Under the pieces are notes generated by a model. That model was not told where the DNA came from and searched no databases. It worked only from the letters and a program-made list of their open reading frames with translations. This document shows, in pieces, positions 1 through 9,229 of a stretch of DNA of 13,677 nucleotides (within the stretch, counting starts at the first letter, position 1; every line of letters starts with the position of its first letter). Made by a program: the position numbers and the translations under genes. The DNA is from Paraspadella gotoi (taxonomy: Eukaryota > Animalia > Chaetognatha), in assembly GCA_051294375.1 (NCBI GenBank), contig JBJCIZ010000403.1:1-13677 (forward strand). The letters run 5' to 3'.

Positions 1-449
1 AAAAGCAGGATCATGTCAATAATATTTCTCGCCTAAAATTCCATTTCCCTTTCACATTCCTACTTGCGTAAGACAAAAGTAGTTATCATATAAACGTCAT
101 TGTATTTTATTTCTCGGCGCGCAGTTTCCTCTTTCTATGTTATAGTTCTGAATAAAACTCTCGTCATTTATCTTGGTATCGAATTCTGTTGACTAAAAAT
201 TCCTTCCTTGCCACTAACTCAAAAGGGTTTGGAGCAATTTGTGAGATGTTGTCAGAATATGAATAAAATTTGAACAGTTTCATTAGCATTTACTAAGGGC
301 AATATTTTAAATGAGTCATTTTTTTAATCAGTCATAACTATTATATTAGTGAATATTATGCTTTTATATTACAGTCTTAGATGGGCCTTTGGGAGCTCTA
401 CAACATATATGAGTTACGGTTATCTCGAAAAAATTTTTGTCACAGGTCA

Positions 450-635
450 AAATTTAATTAAAGTTAATTAATTATTTAATTAATTAATAATTACTTTATT
501 CAAGTTAATTATTTAATTAATTAGGCTATTTGATCAGAAATGTTTGTTTTGATGATTAATTGATTGATTAATTAATTATTGATTAATTAATTGACTAATT
601 GATTAATTTGCTGATTAATTATTTGATTAATTATT
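450..635. repeat. Low-complexity TTAA/TGATTAAT repeat
   Basis: Repeated ttaattaa and ttgattaa units. Confidence 0.8.
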
Positions 636-1305
636 ACATCTTGCATTTACATTTAAAATAAAAAGAAAAAGAAGCATATGTAGATGGCAAAACTAAACTC
701 ACTTTGACGTCACACTTGAGACGTACGTTGACGGGCCACTGGAGGCTCGGAAGAACGCTTGGATGAGCTGAAGAGGTCGGCGAGGGTTCCGAGATGGTCG
801 TGGTAAAGTGGCGTAAAGATTGGCGCTCGTGGCGTTGAGATATGAAGAGATTAGTTTCGATTGAATTCTTATTTTTGGAGTAGTTCTTAGACTTGAAGAT
901 AAAAGTTTATTATAACCAACTTATTTGGTTAACTTGTAAAAGAAAGACCTTAATAAAATAATCAAAGCATATAGATATTCATACTGCTTCTGCCTTCAAG
1001 CAATGAAAATATCTATATGTAAAATCACAATGAAATCAATCATTTAATCAATGAACAATTATAATAATTAATGAACGAATTGTGGAGACTACTAATAAGC
1101 TTAGTATTTCGCGAAGGTTTTTAGTAGAGAATTAAATTGTAGAAAAGATTCGAAGCTGGATTAAAGTAAACAATGTAAGGTGAATCAGCTGAAGAATCTA
1201 GTTCAAATCGGTTTGCTCTTTTGTTGCAGGAAAACAAAAGATAAACAAAATAATAACAAGTAGATTTAATCTAATATAAACTTTATCGGAAAAGATTTTA
1301 TTATT

Positions 1306-1380
1306 ACCAGAGTGGCGACATTGGTTGAGGCGCTGCTAGTGAATACAGAGTCCCGAGTTCGAGACGCATGGAGCACTCTT
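1306..1380 (+). repeat. tRNA-derived SINE-like or degenerate tRNA fragment
   Basis: Pol III A box TGGCGACATTGG (1313-1324) and B-box-like GAGTTCGAGAC (1355-1365) at tRNA-like spacing, followed by a T-rich tail. No clean cloverleaf. Confidence 0.5.
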
Positions 1381-1609
1381 TTATTTATTTTAAAATTAAA
1401 TAATAAATCCGATTAAAAAATATATCAGTGTTCTTCAAGTAAAATATCGATGCCTTGCCGTTCGCCATCACCATTACTCCGTGGAGGATTTTATATCGGT
1501 ACTCGAATCCCACATCGCCCCCAGACGGAAATATCACGATTTGCGGAACGTTTGGGCTTAATCAGGTAAGCTATAGTGATTTGAAGTAGATATGAGAAGT
1601 TCATTGGTA

Positions 1610-2200
1610 AAGCTTGTTTCTCTCTTCTTAAATACAAAAATCGCTAAAATCCGCATTAACCAGGTATTACTAGAACCTTATGCTACTGTTCAACCTGACA
1701 ATGATATTTAGTTCAGATAAACCTGGTTAAACGAATATAAGAAAGTCAGAAAAGAAAAAATTTGAAAAACCTAGTTCTTTCTTTGTTATATTTCGATGAT
1801 TGACTTGTCAACTGTAAGTATATTCTTTCTTAAAACTCAAAACCGCAACAGACCATAATAGCCAAAACCGATTACTAACTAATAAAACTATTATCAATTT
1901 TTAAATATAATAAACCTGTTTTAACGAGTAAATGCAAGAAAAATTTTAAATTCTTGAAACATAGTTAATTTCTATATATTTTGCGCGAATGTCTGTGGTT
2001 GAATACCTTATTTGAAAAAAATCAAATTCTCTCTTAATTTTTAAAAATCGCAATGAATCGCATCAAACCCAGACTAAGTAAACCCTTCCTTTATCTAATA
2101 AAACCTATAGATATTACCAGCAGTGATAAACCTGGCTAAACGAGTAACATGAAGTAAAAAAAATGTTTTTGTAAATTCTTTTAATGTAAAATACATGAAG
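1610..2200. repeat. Degenerate tandem repeat, ~200-bp period, ~3 units
   Basis: ataaacctg(g/t)(t/c)t(a/t)aacga recurs at ~1717, ~1910 and ~2126. aaaa(t/c)cgc recurs at ~1637, ~1839 and ~2044. Confidence 0.65.
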
Positions 2201-2594
2201 TATGTTAAGAAAAAATTATATTACTTTATACGTATGAAAAAATAACATTTGTCCTTATGCATATATCCAAGGGGAGACAATCAGCTTTCGAACGCCGTAT
2301 CATTTTATGCAATTAACCATAGTATAAAAATGGCAGTTGGCCAAATAAAAAAATAATTTATTTTAGAGGAGTAAAAGAAAAGTAAAAAGAAAGGAAAGAA
2401 AGTTACGAGTTTTAGCGATCTTTTCTGTGTCAAAAGCCCGCAAGACCATCTACTTATCAGTTAACCTATCAAAATCTAAATCGATGACATGACTTTTTTC
2501 ACTCGATTTTGAAATTTTTTTTTTCCTGGAGGTCTGAGGCACCATGAACCCCTCTCTCGCGCGGATTTCCGAGGTGTTGACAAAATTTTTTTTT

Positions 2595-2722
2595 CTCCTC
2601 CGCCCCCCTCTCCTCCTCCATCTCCTCCCCCCTCCTCCTCGCGAAAAAAAAATTTTTTGGGGGGGAGGAGGAGGAGGGGAAGGGGAGGGAAGAGGGGGGG
2701 AAGGGGAGGGAAGAGAGGGGGA
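2595..2722. repeat. Polypyrimidine / A9T7 / polypurine quasi-palindrome, G-quadruplex/triplex-prone
   Basis: C/T tract 2595-2640, aaaaaaaaattttttt centre at ~2652, G/A tract 2659-2722 with many runs of 3 or more G. Confidence 0.7.
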
Positions 2723-3199
2723 AGATTCTTCTTTCGCGAAGAAGAGGCGGAGGGGAATTGGACGGCGAGTAAGGAGGCGGGGTAAATGCGCGGCAAGAAG
2801 GAGGACTGAAGCTTCCCTCGGTTATTCTCGCTTTTCCTCTCAGCAGTCCCTTCATTCTGCTCATCTCTCGGTCGTCTTCGTCGTCGTCCAAATGTCTCCA
2901 AGAATGATAATAACTAGACGACAAAGAGGACGGTCGCCACCTCCCTTTCTCGGTTATCTCGAGTAGATCGGCCTCGGGATCATAATCTTCTTGAGTGGGC
3001 GCCGGGGGTGCCTCGAGAAATAGGGGAGGAATTTCGGGGGGCGGAGTCGAGATCGACGCCTCGGCCCAGGGACCGCGGTCCTTGGGTAACTCAAAGGGCC
3101 AAGTTCTGCCGGCCGCCGCCGGAGCCGCCATAGTTTCCAAGGAATAGCATTTCGGTTTGAGAGAAACGCATTTGTATAAAAATCCGGCCCCGGACTCGT

Positions 3200-3265
3200 C
3201 TGAGGAGGAGAGAATGAGAGAATGAGAGAGGGAATGAGAGAATGAGAGAGGGACGTTTCGCTCAC
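3200..3265 (-). other. pPolB intron 11 (66 bp, GT-AG), contains a TCTCATTC-type simple repeat
   Basis: AAAG|GTGAGC ... CTCCTCAG|AC. Restores GCLK-DE. Confidence 0.88.
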
Positions 3266-3366
3266 CTTTTAAGCAACCGAGTCTATTCCTATTATGATCC
3301 CTCCACATTTGTAATATAGGTATTCTGTCCTTGTTTTCCAACCAATACGGATGGGTTTCTTCGGGA

Positions 3367-3426
3367 CTATAATTAAGTAATATAAATAATCTAATAATGA
3401 TAATATATTAATCAATTATTATTTAG
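3367..3426 (-). other. pPolB intron 10 (60 bp); donor reads CT
   Basis: GAC TA|CTAAAT ... TTATAG|T CCC. Gives LDVKDYPEETHPYW (cf. FDTSDYPxDHPLY). Confidence 0.7.
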
Positions 3427-3521
3427 TAGTCTTTAACGTCCAAAATGAAACAGAGATTGGCCCAATCGCGCCAAAACGAAGCCAGTCGACTCTTGTATCG
3501 GAAAGCCAAGACGAAGGACTC

Positions 3522-3584
3522 CTAATAATATTATTATAACAATTATTATTTTTTCTTAAATAGAATTAAAATCTTTCGGTTCAC
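3522..3584 (-). other. pPolB intron 9 (63 bp, GT-AG) within motif C
   Basis: GAC ACG|GTGAAC ... TATTAG|GAG TCC TTC. Gives DT|ESFV. Confidence 0.8.
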
Positions 3585-3700
3585 CGTGTCATTTTGTTGC
3601 AGCCTCATGCTCACGTCGGTCCTAGCTTCGTTAAACACTCTTCTTAGATTCATTTGAAAGAATAATATGTTAATAAATTTTGAGTTTTCCAGTATGCATC

Positions 3701-3750
3701 CTTAATTAATTAATTAATTTATTATTAATTCATTATTTTAAAATTCTAAC
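3701..3750 (-). other. pPolB intron 8 (50 bp, GT-AG)
   Basis: GGAG|GTTAGA ... TTAAG|GA. Gives KPIMVG-GCILENSK. Confidence 0.85.
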
Positions 3751-3925
3751 CTCCGACCATTATCGGCTTGTTCAAGACGCAAGCGTTTTTCTCGAATTTT
3801 AACAAGATCAAAGAATCGGAGAGGGTCTCGCAGCTGTGAAAATCGGCGCGATTCATCGCCCGTCTGGCCAATTTTTTGTCGAAATACAAATGGATATTGT
3901 GTTTTCCTCGTATGTTTTTGATGGT

Positions 3926-3994
3926 CTATGTATATATATAAAAAAATATTTGTAACTGAAATATTATATATGATATTACTATAAATCAGTTTAT
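3926..3994 (-). other. pPolB intron 7 (69 bp) just after motif B; donor reads AT
   Basis: GGC AAG|ATAAAC ... CATAG|ACC ATC AAA AAC. Gives YGK-TIKNIR (cf. FGK-TMENVR). Confidence 0.8.
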
Positions 3995-4368
3995 CTTGCC
4001 GTACAAACTGTTTACGATCGTCTTGTAATGATTTTTTAAGAATGGCGACTCGGCCCGGTTTCTTTTTTCTTCCCACGCAAGTAATCAACTTAGGAGTCGA
4101 ATCCCGTAACGTTTCGCGAGCCGTATCGTTCGAGGAGACAGTTGGTTTTTGGGCGCGGTTCTCTTCTCACCGAGGGGGGGGTACGCTCCCAAGGAAGAGT
4201 GTAAATGATCGGGCAAATATATGTCGCACTCCACCATGAACCCCACGTTCGCCTCGTGCATCCAATCCTTGTAACGACCGTCTTTCGTCATGGCCAAAAT
4301 ATCGGCGAGTTGATTACTCGGGATGGTGAAAAAACCTCCTTTCGGTAGAGGGTACGACATCGCTTTAC

Positions 4369-4434
4369 CTATAATAATCAAAAAACGCGGAAATAAGTTA
4401 TGTATTGTTGCGATTATTATATTATTATACTTAA
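4369..4434 (-). other. pPolB intron 6 (66 bp) within motif A; donor defective as sequenced
   Basis: AT-rich in-frame 22-aa interruption between DLY and GKAMS, with TATAG acceptor. Donor reads G|TTAAGT. Confidence 0.8.
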
Positions 4435-5155
4435 CATAGAGATCGGTAAAATCTTGATAAATTAAGTGAGTACTGCCCTCGTCCTTGTAGTCGAAACCCA
4501 CTTGGCCATTGTTCGCTACGGCGTAGCGCTCGGAAACGGCGCATACGCCCCCCGAATCATACGCTCGTAGGTCAAATATTGAAGGGAATCGGCTTCGCCG
4601 AATAATGGAATTTCCACTTTGGTCATTGACAGAAAAATGTCGAGACCGATTCCCGCGAAACCGTAGTAATGGGTCGGCGAAATGCCGTGAAGTTTCACGG
4701 TATTTTCGATGAAATATTCAAAAACGGCTTCCAAGGTCAGGACGTCTATGGTGTTATAAGATAGAATAAACTGTCCAAAGTCGCTAAAGTTAAACATTCG
4801 GTAAATGCCGAACGTTTTTTCGTAATCTTCTCGACTACAAATTTCCTTGGACATGTCGTCCATAAATTCATTGATGGAGGGAAGGTCGGGATCGCTCAAG
4901 CGGTCCAACAAAAATGCCGAATATGGCATTTTTATTTTTTGTAAAATTTTCATGAAATTTTGACCTTTAGCCTCTCCATAGGTTTCCGCGATATATTCGT
5001 ATACCGGTTTGAAAAGTTCTTTCAAAGTTTTAACTTGGGCGCATTCTATGCAAGGGGCTGTGACCACTGGTTTCCGACAACAAACGCCCCCCCTTTTTTC
5101 TCTCGATTCCGTAGTCAGATTATCGATCAGAGCCGCGAGGAAAGAAGACTGAAAC

Positions 5156-5230
5156 CTGGGGTGGGGGCGGGAGGGAGAGAGATAATCGAGTTAATTTAGT
5201 TTTATACTATTCGTTAATTTAATAAAATAC
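5156..5230 (-). other. pPolB intron 5 (75 bp, GT-AG)
   Basis: ACAG|GTATTT ... CCCCCAG|G. Gives TYR|FQSSFLAALIDNL (cf. RFMxxSLxxLvxNL), in frame with ORF 4516-5067. Confidence 0.85.
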
Positions 5231-5486
5231 CTGTAAGTACATTTCACTCTGATTGTACTAATTTTGGAACATTGACAGGTCAATCCCTCATCTTCCTCTC
5301 GATCTCTGACGATCCATTCGGAGAGATCTCCGACTTGCTCGTCGGAAAAAGTAATCGTGATTCTTGTTCGCTACGAATTCGAATTCGTCTACATCGTCGT
5401 CGAACTGATCCTCGTCGTCATTATCATCATCGTCGTCGTCGTCGTACTCTTTCTCGGCCTTTGTTTTGCAAAAATCGCAGTTAAAC

Positions 5487-5559
5487 CTCGAGAGAGAGGG
5501 GGGAGGGGGAAAGATAAAAGGCCATCGAAACGCGCCATCGTGTGGAGGAAAAAAATCAC
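5487..5559 (-). other. pPolB intron 4 (73 bp, GT-AG)
   Basis: AG|GTGATT donor, pyrimidine tract, atypical GAG acceptor. Frame continues FDIR|FNCDFC. Confidence 0.7.
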
Positions 5560-5739
5560 CTTATGTCGAAGGAGATAAATTTCTTCATCGAAGATTCCGT
5601 CAGAATATTGGTGACGGACTTGACGTTAAAGTTGCTGTTACGATCTTTTAAACCGTGAAAGATTGCCGCGGCGTTGAAATTCATGTTATGAAACAGGAGC
5701 AACACTTGTAATCTTACGGTATATTTCGCGTTGCAAGAT

Positions 5740-6409
5740 CTTTTAATAAGAAGGAAAAAAAAGAAAAAGGGACTCTTGTTTTTTCAAAGGTGAATTTCAC
5801 TCACTCGCTAACCTGCACATTAAGGCGTAGTGAAAGTTAAATACGAAAATTCTAAATGTCAATTATGAACAACATACCATCAGTGAACATTAATTTGTAA
5901 AAAAAAATAATTTTATGTTTTTAATTTTCGCAGTAGGCCATATTTATATATAGTATTATCCTTATTAAATCGAAAAATTTCAAAATAGGCTTTTCTTAAT
6001 TTTGAATGCAGATTTGAATTCCTTGTCAAAAGTTGATAAAAGAAAATATAAATCATTTTAAAATTCTTTCATTAAGTGGGTTAAAAATTAAAAAAACTAT
6101 ATTTAATATATAAAAGTTAATTTTCAGCTTAAAATATAGTTTTTCTAATTTTGACCCACCTAATGAAGGATTTTTCAAAAAGAGTTATATTTCTTTTATC
6201 AACTTTTATAACGAATCCAAATCTGCAAAAAAATCTTAGAAAAAATGTTTTGAAATTTTACATTTATTGGTTAGTACTAGTATAAATATGCCTACTGCGT
6301 AAATTGACAAATTTATTATAAATTGTTTTATTACATAAATGTTGATTAGATAATATTGTTCGTTCTCACTTTAGAATTTTAATTAAAGTTAAATTGTTAC
6401 TCGCTTAAC
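5740..6409 (-). other. pPolB intron 3 (670 bp; inferred ancestral 73 bp plus insertion)
   Basis: TGCAG|GTTAAG ... TTAAAAG|ATCTTGCAAC. A second donor copy lies at 5812. Confidence 0.85.
5821..6398. mobile_element. Foldback/MITE-like AT-rich imperfect palindrome inserted in intron 3
   Basis: The arms are reverse complements centred at ~6120: aaaattctaaa/tttagaatttt, cgcagtaggc/gcctactgcg, gcagatttg/caaatctgc, aaaagttgataaaagaaa/tttcttttatcaactttt. Flanked by direct repeats at 5803-5820 and 6399-6417. Confidence 0.85.
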
Positions 6410-6733
6410 CTGCACATGGTTGCCCTATAATTCCCAGTACGCCAACAATGATCCAGCACGCGATGGTTGGTACTCTCGTCGTTGAGAACCTCGTGACAAC
6501 AGTCGCAATGAGTGGCTTCGGTGTGCCTCTTCAACTCTTCGTCGGTCAAAATTGGGGGATCCGGAAATAAATGGAGCAGACCGTACAAAAGCTTAGCGTC
6601 GTCTCTCAAGGAGGCGATGAATAGCTTGGCGCAATCGGACCGATAAAAGATCTCGGAAGAAAAGGTCTTCGGAGAACTCGCTGTGAACTTTGTAGCAATA
6701 CGAAGCGGACATATCTCGCTGGTAAATTCCAAG

Positions 6734-7383
6734 GACGCGCGATTCTCCAACACGGTTTAAAGCGGTGCAAACTTGACAATTTGTCACGTGTTCAAGATGT
6801 AAGTCAGTCTTGACCCAAGGATAAATGGGATCATCTTCTTCGGTCAAAGGTTGTTGACATCCGGGACGCCGTTCGACCTCTGGCGCCGCTTTGGCATAGG
6901 TCTCAAAATCCGCGTATATCACGTACGGGTGTCGTAACGAGTAATGATGATGTTTAAACTTCATCACGGACCCGGGTTGAGGATATTTGACCACCTGCGT
7001 TTGTCGAAGAACGCAAATTCGAAATGGACAAAGAAGGTAGACTCTTGACTCGTGGATGACCGCTGCGATTTCCAACACGGTTTCAAAGCGTGCAAACTTG
7101 ACAATTTGTCACGTGTTCAAGATGTAAGTCAGTCTTGACCCAAGGATAAATGGGATCATCTTCTTCGGTCAAAGGTTGTTGACATCCGGGACGCCGTTTC
7201 GACCTCTGGCGCCGCTTTGGCATAGGTCTCAAATCCGCGTATATCACGTACGGGTGTCGTAACGAGTAATGATGATGTTTTTAAACTTCATCACGGACCC
7301 GGGTTGAGGATATTTGACCACCTGCGTTTGTCGAAGAACGCAAATTCGAAAATGGAGCAAAGAAGGAACTCTCGACTCGTGGA
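6734..7383. repeat. Tandem direct duplication, ~325-bp unit (6734-7056 and 7058-7383), of the ExoI-coding segment
   Basis: Near-identical copies differing mostly by small indels. Confidence 0.95.
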
Positions 7384-7393
7384 GTAAAGACAT

Positions 7394-7468
7394 CTAGGAT
7401 AGGTGGGTGGGGGGGGGTTAAGTGAGAAAGGAAGAAAAAGAAGAAGAAAAAGAATAAAAGACACTTGC
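7394..7468 (-). other. pPolB intron 2 (75 bp, GC-AG)
   Basis: AG|GCAAGT donor, CCTAG acceptor. Joins C-P-R|C-L-Y (CxxC). Confidence 0.75.
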
Positions 7469-8049
7469 CTAGGACAAAACGTGTTTTGTTCTTTTGTAAG
7501 ATGAACCTTGTTTTCCGAGAAGACGAGACAGAGTTAATAGTACAAAAGTGGGATGACTTTTTGTTGTATAATTTTAACAAATTTACAACCTTAACGTTTC
7601 GAATTCAGTAGTTCCGTTTCGGTCCGATACGTAAAGGGAAAAAAGAATGCTCTTTATCTTTCCCCTATCGTTCATCTTGCGCACGTAAGAGTACGCGTTT
7701 ATCGCGAGCGAGGGGTTCAGGGCTTTGATCTTTTTTAGATCCGATATCGAAACGGGGCAACTCTTCAAGAGGTCGCCGAAATTAATCTCTCGCGAGTGCT
7801 TGAGATATTTACCCGGCCTCAATTTGGAATCGTCGATCTCCGGATGAAGCCCCGCTAATAGCGAAATCAGTAAACAGTTCTGATCTCTCGATTACACGTT
7901 CGTGACTGCTTTTTTCCGATTAATGAAATCGGGAGTCTTAATGAACGAGCCGATGACTTTTTTGGACCGCAGATTGTAAAAGAAAGAAGGAAGAATGCGG
8001 ATAAAAGTCAAATCCGCCTGGCTCACGTTTTGAAATATAAGAAAGCTTC

Positions 8050-8138
8050 CTGATAATAAAAAAAAAAGAGAAAAAGAGGGAAAAAATGTAAAATAAAAAT
8101 ATTCGTGAGTAACTAAAAATGAAGAAGAGAAAAAATAC
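8050..8138 (-). other. pPolB intron 1 (89 bp, GT-AG)
   Basis: TCAG|GTATTT ... poly-T TATCAG|GA. Restores ESG-SFLIFQNV in frame. Confidence 0.85.
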
Positions 8139-9229
8139 CTGATTCCAATTTGTTTTCGATTTGCAAGGAAAACAGGCCCGTGATATGATCCAAAACCCCA
8201 TCCAAATCCGTCCCCAGGTTGATGAGCTCCGATTTGTGGTCGTAATAAAATTGCACGGTTTCATCGTGGTCCGGACGGAGGTAGGTGACCAAGATGCAAA
8301 CGTGAATTTTTACAACCGGAACCCGCTTCAACGTTCCCTTGATGAATTTTTTTAATTGTTTCTGCAGACGAGAGAGCGCCGTTCTGTAGTCGGCCAGCTC
8401 CAAGGTTGGCACGAGTCTGACCGTTTTAACGACATTGCAATATTTGCGGCATCCCCCTGGACTGATGCGATACATGTCCCCATCATCAGCCGGCGCGGAA
8501 TCGTCATTATCCTCTTTTTCTTTTTCCTCCGTCAACGCTATCTTTTCCTTGGTGATCGACTTCTGCGAACGCAAAATCGATTGACCGAGGTCCGACCCGG
8601 TTTACGCCAACGCTTCTTGATCGTCATCGTCGTCGCGTCGTCGTCATCATCGTCCCCAGACCAAGGGAGCCCTTTTTCCCGGCGAGTCATCGTCGTCCTC
8701 TCTTTTCCTTTTCCCTCCTCCCAACCTGAGGTCCTCGTTCCTCAAAAAGATCGACTGCCAACAGGGAAGTTGATCGTCGTCGACGGGGGGGTCCGTTGTC
8801 GTTGTTGTCTGTTTGACGGAACGGCCGGCTGTTGCTGCTGCCTCCTCCTCCAACAACTTCAAACAGTTCCCGGTTCGCGAACGAAAGGAATCGGCGAGTA
8901 GTCGCGAGGAGGGAGTCCGTTAGAAACAAGGAAAGTTCGCTTTCGTATCTCCTCTCACTCGATTCGTCTAACTCTTTGTCATCGTTAAAAGAAGCCATCT
9001 GTTTGATTTTTAAAAAATATTTATTTAACATTTTTTCAACAAGTCAAACATCATTTCGCCGTTTAAACAAAATTTTATCGAGTCCATTTCATTAGCGCCT
9101 CTAAAGTTATTCTCTAAATGATATTTATAATAGTCATAAAATTTAGTCGAAATTATTTTATTACAGTCGTATAACGATTCTCTAATAATGGGTAAAAATA
9201 GGCTACATGAGGATATAATATTTTTATTA

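Larger units (their letters stand above)
5720..6520 (-). other. Endonuclease VII-like Zn-binding domain inside pPolB, split by intron 3
   Basis: HCDCCHE...RVLDHCWRTGNYRATMCR|SCNAKY matches the CxxC...DHcHxTGxxRGxAhxxCN pattern of invertebrate Polinton pPolBs. It is completed only by splicing 6409->5740. Confidence 0.85.
2499..8998 (-). pseudogene. Protein-primed-type family B DNA polymerase (Polinton/adintovirus-like pPolB), 12 exons, disrupted as sequenced
   Basis: Manual exons (minus): 8998-8139, 8049-7469, 7393-6410, 5739-5560, 5486-5231, 5155-4435, 4368-3995, 3925-3751, 3700-3585, 3521-3427, 3366-3266, 3199-2499. Motifs in the expected order: GSFIKTPDFINRKKAVTNV*SRDQNCLLISLLAGLHP; SHFCTINS-LSRLL; FCPRCLY; ExoI PYVIYADFET; EndoVII; ExoII region FHNMNFN; ExoIII YNTIDVLTL; IRGG; motif A YQDFTDLYGKAMSYPLP; GFMVECDIYLP; motif B KTIVNSLYGK; LNKPIMVGGCILENSK; motif C NDTES; LGCLKDE; LKPKCYS; RMKG. 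In-frame stops at 8602-8604 and 7892-7894, plus frameshifts. Confidence 0.92.

Noticed and set aside
1306-1380. Functional tRNA gene
   Set aside because: A and B boxes are present but the acceptor and anticodon stems do not pair properly.
2400-2520. Canonical Polinton terminus (AG-starting TIR, 6-bp TSD)
   Set aside because: No convincing terminal motif, and the other end is not in the window.
3738-4088. Minus ORF 3738-4088, and likewise 2476-2901, 2954-3265, 7281-7580 and 7938-8264, as standalone genes
   Set aside because: Mostly off-frame or intron read-through of pPolB. The conserved motifs lie in other frames.
7586-7589. Splice donor after ETLR
   Set aside because: The downstream sequence encodes conserved VNLL...SHFC...SRLL, so this is a frameshift, not an intron.
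2544-9095. Plus-strand ORFs (2544-2966, 4042-4239, 4960-5199, 5272-5651, 8161-8901, 8832-9095)
   Set aside because: Antisense shadows of GC-rich or low-complexity pPolB exons, with no motifs.
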